Assembly: GCA_009914755.4 (NCBI GenBank)
Contig: CP068257.2
Span: forward strand, 2,912,001-2,976,000
Direction: 5' to 3'
Origin: the human T2T-CHM13v2.0 reference genome, Homo sapiens
DNA: 64,000 nt
Within the stretch, counting starts at the first letter, position 1. The number at the start of each line of letters is the position of its first letter. This document shows positions 55,912 through 64,000 of this stretch, in pieces. Position numbers and translations under genes: made by a program. A model generated the notes under the pieces. That model was not told the origin of the DNA and did not search any database. It saw nothing but the letters and a program-made list of their open reading frames with translations.

Positions 55912-56502
55912 TACACTCCCAGTCTTTTGGTCACAGGGCTGTGGGACTGAGGAGGGAAATTAAAGAAAAATAAAATTAAAAAGAAAGAGAAATAAATTTT
56001 CTTGTATTGGGCTGACTTGTCCCAGAGGCTTCAACAGGCACAGCCCAGAACCAGGAATAGTCTTGATAATATTATCTAATGTGCTCTGGAGGCTCTCCCA
56101 ACGCTCCCCCAACATCGGGAAAAGAAAAACAAATTTCCTTTTTTTACGGAATGAGTTTATAGATTCTTGTTCTCTGTAACTAGTGACTTCAAGTATTCTG
56201 TTTTATCTAAGAAGTACAATGTAAGTCATGAGAAGCCTGAGTAGGCTGAACTACAGCTGTTTGGGCACCATAGTGAGGGTTATAGGATAAGCCCATGCCC
56301 AGGGAAACCTAGAAAATGGACATGTGGTTTGCTTGGCAACGGTCATGTGCAATCCTGTCTGTCCTGCCTCTGTATCCCTGCTTTCACGCCACTGTAAACT
56401 TGCTTCAAGCTAGCCCACCACCTTTTGTGAAATGTGCATAAAAGTCAGGTTCTGTCTTTGTTCCGGGCCCAGTCTTTTTGATGTGAGTTAGCTTGTCCTC
56501 AG

Positions 56503-56907
56503 TTTCATGCGCGTCCGTGTGAAGAGACCACCAAACAGGCTTCGTGTAAGCAATAAAAGCTTTTAATCACCTGGGTGCAGGCAGGCTGAGTCCGAAAAGA
56601 GAGTCAGCAAACGTAGATAGGGATGGGGCCATTTTATAGGATTTGGGTAGGTAAAGGAAAAAGGGGGATTGTTCTCTGGCGGGCAGGAGTGGGGGGGTCA
56701 CAAGGTACTCAGTTGGGGAGCTTTTGAGCCAGGATGAGCCAGGAGAAGGAATTTCACAAGACAATGTCATCAGTTAAGGCAGGAACAGGCCATTTTCACT
56801 TCTTTTGTGGTGGAATGTCATCAGTTAAAACAAGAACCGGCCATCTGGATGTGTACGTGCAGGTCACAGAAGGTACGATGGCTTAGCTTAGGCTCAGAGG
56901 CCTGACA
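56503..56907 (-). mobile_element. LTR7 (HERV-H LTR) copy B, minus orientation, slightly shorter than copy A
   Basis: Same reverse-complemented LTR7 sequence (tttcatgcgcgtccgtgtgaagagaccaccaaacaggcttcgtgtaagcaataaaagcttttaatcacctgggtgcaggcaggctgagtccgaaaagagagtcagcaaacg…ggccattttcacttcttttgtggtggaatgtcatcagttaa…ggctcagaggcctgaca). It has the same orientation as copy A and lies ~590 bp away from it. Confidence 0.85.
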
Positions 56908-56974
56908 CTGAGTGCACTCAATAAAAATTCTCCTGTTTCAACCCGGGGTCTCTCTCATCCTCCTGAATCCCGCA

Positions 56975-59870
56975 ACGGGAGAATTCCAGCATGCACCAGG
57001 TTCACGGGACAGTGCGCGGTCACTGAAAGAAGAGTGGGGCGGGGAGGGTGGTGTGCGGCTGTGAGCACCTCTTGTGCTTGCTGGGAGATGTAGTCTTATA
57101 AAGACTCCCAGCCCTTTGGTCACAGGGCTGCAGCACCCCAATTCCAGCATACACCGGAATCAGAGACAGTGCGCGCTGGCAGAGGAAGAGGTAGAGCTGT
57201 GCGTGACTCGCTGGGCTTGATGGAAAATGTAATCTCATGAACACTCCTTAATGAACAGTGCGCCTCACTGGAGGAAAAGGCGGGGCTGTGCAGGCCTTGC
57301 TTTGCTTGCTGAGAGATGCTGTCTCATAAACACTCCCAGCCCTTTGGTCACAGGGCTGCAGGACTACATTCCCATCATGCACCGGGATCAGGGATAGTGC
57401 ATGTGCCTGGGTGAAGAGACACAGTTTTGCGAGCCTCCTTTGGCTTCCTGGGAGATGTAGTTTCATAAAGACACCCAGACTTTTCATTACAGGGCAGCCG
57501 GACTACAATCCCAGTATGCACCAAGATCAAGGATAGTGCGCGTAACTGCAGAATGAGGCGGCATTGTGCACGCCTCGCTGGACTTGGTGGGATATGTATT
57601 CTCATAAACATACCCAACCCTTTGGTCATAGGGCGGGAAGACTACAATCCCAGCATGCACCTGGCTAAGAGACAGTGCCTGTCACTGGAGGAAGAGGCGG
57701 AAGACTACAATCCCAGCCAGCACCGGGCTCAGGGAAATTGTGCGTCAGTGGAGGAAGAGGCGGGGTTGTGTGCTACTCGCCAGGCTTGCTGGGAGTTGTA
57801 TTCTCATAAAACCTCCCAGCCCTTTCATCACAGGGCTGAAGGACTACACTTCCAGCCCCAGCATGCACTGGGCTCAGGGACAGCGCGCGTCACTGGAGGA
57901 AGAGGGAGGGCTTTGCGCTTCTATCTGTGATTTTTTGGGAGATGTAGTCTCATTAACGCTCCCAGCCCTTTGGTCACAGAGATCCAGGACTGCAATCCCA
58001 ACATGCACCCAGCTCAGGGATAGTGCGCTAATCACTGCAGGAAGAGGCAGGGCTGTGTGCACCTCCTGGGCGTACTGGGAGATGTATTCTCATAAACACT
58101 CCCATCCCTTTGGTCATAAGGCTGCAGGACTACAATCCTAGCATGCACCCAGCTCAGTGACAGTGCGCTAGTCTAAGGAGAAAGAGGCAGGGCAGTGTGC
58201 GCCTTGCTGGGCTTCCTGGGAGATGTAGTCCCATGGCGTCTCCCTGCCCTATGGTCACAGTGCTATAAGACTACAATCCCAGCATGCACGGGGCTCAGGG
58301 AGAGTCCACATCACTGCAGAAAGAGGGGCAGGTTGTGCGCACCTCGCTGCGTTTGCTGGGAGATGTTGTTTCATAAAGACTCTCAGACCTTTTGTCACAG
58401 GGCTACAGGACTACAATCCCAGGATGCATCGGGATCAAAGCAGTATGCGACACGGGGAAAAGATGCGGAGCTGTGTGCGTCTCCCTAGGTCTTCTGGGAG
58501 ATGTGGTCTCTTGGCCCTTTGGTCACAGGGCTGCAGGACTACAATGCCAGCATGCAGCGGGTTCATGGACAGTGTGTATCACTGGAGGAAGACGTGGAGC
58601 TGTGCGTGCCTCGCTGGGCTTGCAGGGAGATGCAGTCTCATAACTACCCCAGTCGTTTGGTCGCAGGGCTGCAGCAGTACAATTTCAGCATATCTCTGGC
58701 TCAGGGAGAGTGCACTAGTCACTGAAGGAAGAGGTAGGTCTGTGCGCACCTCTCTGGGCTTGCTGGGAGAGGTAGTCTCATAAACACTACCAGCCCTTTC
58801 ATCACATCGCTGTAGGACTACAATTCCAGCATGCACGGGGCGCCGGGGCAGTCCGCCTCACTGGAGGAAGAGAAAGGCGTGTGAGCGCCTTGCTGGGCTT
58901 TCTGGGAGATGTTGTCTCTTTATTTCTCCCAGCCCTTTGGTCACAGGGCTTCAAGACTACAATCCCAGCATGCATCCTGCTCAGGGACAACGCGCGTCAC
59001 TGTAGGAAGAGGTGGACCTGTGCTGTTCTCGCTATGCTTTTTGGGATACGTATTCTCGTAAACACTCCCAGCCCTTTGGTCACTGGGCTGCATCACTACA
59101 ATCCCAGCATACATCGGGATCAGGGAGAGTGCGCTAATCAGTGGAGAAAGGGGCCAGGCTCTGCACACCTCGCTGGTCTTGCTGGGAGATGCAGTCTCAT
59201 AAACACTCCCAGCCCTTTGGTCACTGGGCTGCAGCGCTACAATCCTAGCATGGACCGGGCGCAGGGAATGTGCGCGTCACTGGAGGAAGAGGCAGGGTTG
59301 TGCAAGCCTCTCTGGGCTTGGTGGGAGTTGCAGTCTCATAAACACTCCCAGACCTCTCATCACCGGGCTGCAGGACTACAATCCCAGCATGCACCCGGCT
59401 CAGGGAGAGTGCGCATTACTGGAGGAAAAGTCTAGGCTGTGGATGCCTCCTTCTGCTTGCTGGGAGATGTAGTTTCATAAAGACTCCCAGAACTTGTGTC
59501 ACAGGGCTGCAGGACTACCATCCCATTATGCACTGGGGTTAGGGACACGGCCCGTCAGTGGAGAAAGAGGCGGGGCTGTGTGCGTCTCCTTCGGCTTGCT
59601 GGGAGATGTATTCTTATAAACACTCCCAGCCCTTTGGTCAAAGGGCTACAGGACTACAATCCCAGCATGTGCCAGTCTCGGGGGCGAGGTACAGGCCTGG
59701 AAGAAGGGGCAGAGTGGTACACGCCCCACCTAATATGCTGGGAGCTGTAGTCTGTTAACTGCTCTCAGCCTGTTTGTCGGTAGGCTTCAGAACTATAATC
59801 ACAGCATGTACCGGGACCCGGGGTGCATAGCCCTGGAGGGAGGGGCAGAGCGGTGTGGACTTCCCGGTGT
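56975..59870. repeat. Unclassified tandem array, ~20 diverged units of ~140 bp (satellite/VNTR-like), each unit carrying inverted ACTACA-N-CCCAGCA motifs and a GC box
   Basis: The anchor 'cccagccctttggtcacagggctgcaggactacaatcccagcatgcacc' or close variants recurs at ~57110, 57340, 57476, 57612, 57816, 57961, 58101, 58243, 58384, 58514, 58650, 58799, 58929, 59068, 59208, 59348, 59488, 59627 and 59764. Spacing is mostly 130-149 bp, and two partial units lie near 57230 and 57690. Approximate unit consensus: gcttgctgggagatgtagtctcataaacactcccagccctttggtcacagggctgcaggactacaatcccagcatgcaccgggctcagggacagtgcgcgtcactggaggaagaggcggggctgtgcgcacctcgctgg. The periodic short ORFs on both strands in the ORF track are a side effect of the repetition. 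Confidence 0.9.
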
Positions 59871-60654
59871 CCAAAGCACTGCTGAGTTCTTATGCTATGC
59901 CGACTCTTTGCCAAGGAGAATGAGTACATAGGTGGACCTAGAGGACAGGTCTGCGCTGAGCATTGAGGAGGGTATTACCCTACATAGGCACCTTACCTTT
60001 GCCCAAATCGGGCGGGTTGTCCTCAACTGATTGGCCCTATCCTTCTCAAGTTCCTCTTTCAGCTGCACCCAGGGTTCTTTCCAGAGCATTGCGCCTTCTG
60101 CAGCCCAGGGCGCTGCCTTCTTTCCTAAACTGCTGTGGAAACTGTCCTGATGTCTGAGACACTGTCCATTGTGCCGCAGCCCTCTTTTTTCTCTAGCCAA
60201 GCCTCATGCTCAACAGCTTTTGAGAGAAATCTTCCACGTGGCCTGCTTATGAACAGCTTCAGAATTCTGTAGGGGGTGACAAGGTCTGTGGCTTCCTGGA
60301 AATGTCACTCTCAATGGCGCCTTTTTCACGAATGTGAAAGTTGAGGCATCAGGAAGGTTAATTATTGGGTTGCACAAAATCTGCTAAGAGCAAAGGAGAA
60401 AACCTCATTTCCGAGGCATGAGTCTTGTGAGCCATTTTCATCAACCCATTTAAGTGGACAAGCTCCAAAATGAAACCTGAAGCTGCTGACTATTTAGGCA
60501 TTTTACACTTGAAATCATCGGTCTCATCTCAAGTCACTCCTGACTTGCCAGTGTCTCAGAAACACAAATGGGACCGGATCCCTCAGGAGCAGATAGTGTT
60601 CCAGCTTTGTTGGAGCGACATTTAAGATGTGGAGCACTTGGGGTCGTTTGAAAC

Positions 60655-60990
60655 CCGCTATCTTCAGTAGGGACTTTTACTTCTAGAGAACATGTGCATT
60701 TTGATTTTATCTGTCCTCAAACTGAACTTTTGCTCATTTTAATAGTAAAAACACATTCCTAGGTGGAGACTTAAGATGCTAATGAGACATGCAATGTATG
60801 CACAAATATGTACAGTTAGTGCACATGTGCACCCAGAAGACCACTCAAAACATGCTTACACTAACACTTCTTTCCACCTTCTTATGAATAATCGTGCAAA
60901 ACCCCCAGAAGGAGGGTTTCTCCAGTAACAATTAATGGTGTCTCACTCTTATGAGCAGCCTGCCCTGGAATCTCTTTCTCAGAATGTACC
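60655..60990 (+). mobile_element. LTR-like element, candidate 5' LTR of a class-I ERV remnant (family not recognised)
   Basis: Roughly 80-85% identical by eye, in the same orientation, to 63385-64000 once the Alu there is removed (…ggactttt/ctac/gttctagagaa/gcatgtgc/tattttgattttat/cctgt/ccctcaaact…ttttgct…ttttaatag…; …acatgcaa…tgcacccagaa…ctcactcttatgagcag). Confidence 0.5.
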
Positions 60991-62579
60991 GTCTATTCTG
61001 CACTTAATTTTCAAAGTAGTCTTTTCTTTTTTTGTGTGCAATAAATTACTCTATGCTGTACTTCTTTTGCTGTGTGTTTCTTGTTTGAATTCTTTTAAAC
61101 TAAGAAAATAAGAATCAAGGTATTACATCAGCCATCAACATTTCTTTTGCCATGGCCTGGAGAGAGGTCTGTCCGCTTCACTGATTTCACTTTCCCTTTA
61201 CTTGCCGTGAATACTGTGGCACTTCCAGACTACCTGGTTAACTATCGCTGGTTCTTCCAGCACTGTTTCACTAAAGATCTGGGGAAACCCTGTCCCTTTA
61301 GGCTTTATGCATTTCCCAGCTCCTTGAAATTGTTCTTCAACAGGCTTTCTTTGCTGAACAAAAGATGCACAGTCATGGATATGCCCAGTCATAGGGATTG
61401 AATCTGAGCATTGCAGGTGTTATAATTGGGCATCATAAATGGCAAACCACTGAATTAGGGAAAGGCTTGTCAGCCAGACATCTGCTCCCCAGCGAGCAGT
61501 GGGGGTCATCTCGGCAGGGCTGGAGATGTCCAGCGCTGGTGAGAGCTAGGACGGTGCATGGCAAATGCCTATGACCTCCTAGAGCTTCAGTTAATGGGGT
61601 TTCAAGGGGATGAGTTGGACAACTTGGTGGTTCCACTTGGCTCATGGGGCTGCCCACAGCCTCCTGGACTTTAGTACATGTTCTGTCGTTTGCAGGATTC
61701 TCTCGGCACCATGGGAATCACTTCCTCTACTGTCACTGAAACACACCTGGGATGTATATTTAAAAATTGAAACAGCTTTTGGCTAAATGAAGCAAAAAAA
61801 CAATTATCTTCTTTTGTAAAACTATTTAGCCTGCATACAGATTAGCTGACAAAACATGGCTGGAGAATGAGACTGTGAAATTTAACACCATCATACAGCT
61901 AGATCTTTTCTGTAGTAATCAGGGAAAATGGTCTGAAGTATCCTATGTGCAAGACTTTCTGGCCCGACAACAAAACCCAGCTCCATGCAGCACCTGTGGG
62001 CTAAAGCCTAGTAAGCCACAAAGCCCCTCAGATCCATTAGAAGATCATTTGTTTTATGGGCAAGTGACCCCAGACCCCACAGCCTAATACCAGCTCCAGA
62101 TAGGGGCCCTCAGAGGCCTACACCTGCTTTAGAATCCCCAGCGTCCCCACACTATCAGAGTCTTCTGTAGAATCTAAGCTTGTTTCATCTCCTCCTTATG
62201 CTCCTCTATCAGCCTTTGCCAGTTACAATAGAGACCAGTCCAGCTGCAGTTACTCACAGTGGAGCTTCACACCATGCAGGGCCAGAGAATTTGATCCGCT
62301 TACAGAAAGTCTCAAATGGAGAGAGGACCATCAGAGTGCTTCTTCTCTTCCCAGTAAATGATCTAATCCAATGTAAGCAACAGCTCTGATGGCTCTCAGA
62401 CAACTTCAGTGCGTTTACTGAAGCCTTCCAGGCTGTAACTTTGACCACCATTCAACTTCACCATCCATAAATGGACCCAATGACTGCTGCCAACTCAGCT
62501 GCACAAAACTTTTTCTTATTTGCGAAAAATAGAAAAGACTTAAAACTTTTGCTGCTTTCACCATTTTAAAGCAGAATAC

Positions 62580-63150
62580 TTTTGCAGCACAAATGTCACC
62601 ATAAGGTGGAGCCTTGGGAATCCAGTATAAACTATCTCAGAAAATCTCAGTGTGTCCCCAACAGGCAGCAGAGGGCCTCAATAGACTTCAACAACATCTG
62701 GACTCCATGGCCACTGCATTCCAACAAAATCAAAGAGCCTGGGATCTTCTCCCAGCCAAGCAAAGAGGAACATGTTTATATCTAAAAGAAGAATGCTGTT
62801 TTTTGAGATCAATCATTCTGGTTTATTCCAAGAAAATATTAATAATATCATCACCCAGGCAGACAAAATTGAATCTCTAGGAACTTCCATGGGAACATGA
62901 AAGCGATGTCCATTGCCTGCCTTGCTCTCTTTAATAGTACCCGTCATTATTATATTTTCAACTTCTACTTTTGTTCCAATTTTGTTTAAAATGTTAACTG
63001 ATTTCCTGCTATGTTGCTTGTGGCAGCTCCATGTTTGCATGATGGTTTGCAAGGCTTTCAATCTTTGGCTGCCAACATCTTCCCACTGGTTCCACGAACG
63101 ACATGGTTTACACCCTGTTAGATCACACAGGAAGAAAGTTTAAGGCCCAG
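62580..63150 (+). pseudogene. Gammaretrovirus-like (class-I ERV) env transmembrane-subunit remnant, interrupted by stops
   Basis: The ORF-track frames read …LQQHLDSMATAFQQNQRAWDLLPAKQRGTCLYLKEECCF… (62614-62880) and …LLSLIVPVIIIFSTSTFVPILFKMLTDFLLCC… (62913-63143). The first contains the heptad region followed by the immunosuppressive-domain/CX6CC signature of retroviral TM (compare [27 protein letters not shown]). The second is the hydrophobic membrane anchor. Confidence 0.75.
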
Positions 63151-63384
63151 GCTAGGCAGAAGTAACACCCACTCAGCAGGAAACAGCTCCAGAAAAAGTG
63201 GTCTAACCCCTCAACCTCCAATATGGTTATTGCCCTAAAATCTCTTAGGGGGAAATTGAGGCAGAATAGATAGTACAGAAAATGACCATGATCTCGGGAT
63301 AGAGAAACCATGGTGACTGTACAGCCAAAACAATAAGCCTTAGCATTCGCATTGTAATTTGGCTTATTCGAGCAAAGCTATCCT

Positions 63385-64000
63385 CATTAAGGACTTTCTG
63401 TTCTAGAGAGCATGTGTATTTTGATTTTACCTGCCCTCAAACTTAAATTTTGCTTATTTTAATAGCAAACAATGCACCCCCTAGCCAGGGACGGTGGCTT
63501 ATACCTCTACTCTCAGCACTTTGGGAGGCTGAGGAAGATGGATCACTTCAAACTAGAAGCTCGAGACTAAACTGGCCAACATAGAGAAACCCCGTCTAAA
63601 TTAAAAATACAAAAATTAGCAGGGTATGATGGTGCATGCCTGTAATCCCAGATACTCAGGAGGCAGAGGCACGAGCATGGGTTGAACTCAGGAGGCAGAG
63701 GTTGCAGTGAGCAGAGATCACACCACTGCACCGCAGCTTGGGCAACACGGCGAGACTCTGTCTCAAACAAACAAACAAACACACAGAAATACACTCCTGG
63801 GTGGAAATATAAGATGCTAACGAGACATGCAACATATGAACAAGCATGTACAGCTACTGCGCATATGCACCCAGAATACCACAGAGAACATGTTTACTAG
63901 CAACTCCTCTTCCCTCCTCCTTATTAATAATAATGTAAAACTGCCATAAAGGGGTTTCTCCAGCGACAGTCCACGCTGTCTCACTCTTATGAGCAGTCCG
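63385..64000 (+). mobile_element. LTR-like element, candidate 3' LTR of the same ERV remnant, interrupted by an Alu and running to the window edge
   Basis: Homologous to 60655-60990 on both sides of the Alu insertion (ggactttctgttctagagagcatgtgtattttgattttacctgccctcaaacttaaattttgcttattttaatagcaaac…[Alu]…gatgctaacgagacatgcaacatatgaacaagcatgtacagctactgcgcatatgcacccagaatacc…ctcactcttatgagcag). It lies directly downstream of the env TM remnant, as expected for a 3' LTR. Confidence 0.5.
63483..63783 (+). mobile_element. Alu SINE inserted into the candidate 3' LTR, with (CAAA)n-type tail
   Basis: agccagggacggtggcttatacctctactctcagcactttgggaggctgaggaagatggatcacttcaaactagaagctcgagactaaactggccaacatagagaaaccccgtc…caccactgcaccgcagcttgggcaacacggcgagactctgtctcaaacaaacaaacaaacac. 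Confidence 0.9.

Noticed and set aside
56938-59758. Many 60-184-aa ORFs on both strands with recurring peptide motifs (for example …LGFLGDVVS…PALWSQ…TTIPAC…), superficially like a repeat-protein gene or paralogous gene family
   Set aside because: The periodicity comes from the 140-bp DNA tandem repeat. The frames are open on both strands simultaneously and drift between frames from unit to unit. No conserved start/stop architecture or splice structure exists. CpG-containing GC-rich DNA naturally lacks stop codons.
56975-59870. CRISPR-like interpretation of the regular tandem array
   Set aside because: There is no repeat-spacer alternation. The whole 140-bp unit repeats with divergence, with no unique spacers. 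The context is eukaryotic and no cas-like ORFs are present. It is a satellite/VNTR-type array.

Overview
This 64-kb window is primate (human-like) nuclear DNA, not a prokaryotic locus. At least 27 Alu SINEs occur on both strands, including a young AluYb8-type copy, and each shows the characteristic Alu sequence. There are several L1 LINE fragments of different ages, all 5'-truncated or rearranged, with ORF2 remnants. Other repeats include MaLR/THE1-type LTRs, a solo LTR12 (HERV9 LTR), two LTR7 (HERV-H LTR) copies, and a class-I ERV remnant that keeps an env TM domain. About half of the sequence is interspersed repeat. I recognise no intact cellular protein-coding gene and nothing resembling a bacterial operon, CRISPR array or defence system. 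All calls were made by eye from motifs and translated frames, so family names and boundaries are approximate (typically +/-20 bp).

The informative non-repeat content is:
- A processed, intronless pseudogene of the CTD small phosphatase CTDSP2 on the minus strand, split in two by insertion of the solo LTR12.
- A ~650-bp CpG-island-like segment with a CCAAT box and an ATG followed by a GT donor, which is a candidate promoter/first exon.
- A pure (GAA)~40 triplet tract that grew out of an Alu poly-A tail.
- A ~2.9-kb tandem array of ~20 diverged ~140-bp units, which I regard as the most unusual element here. Each unit carries two inverted ACTACA-N-CCCAGCA motifs resembling the ZNF143/THAP11 'SBS' promoter element plus an Sp1-like GC box. 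The array sits immediately beside the two LTR7 copies.
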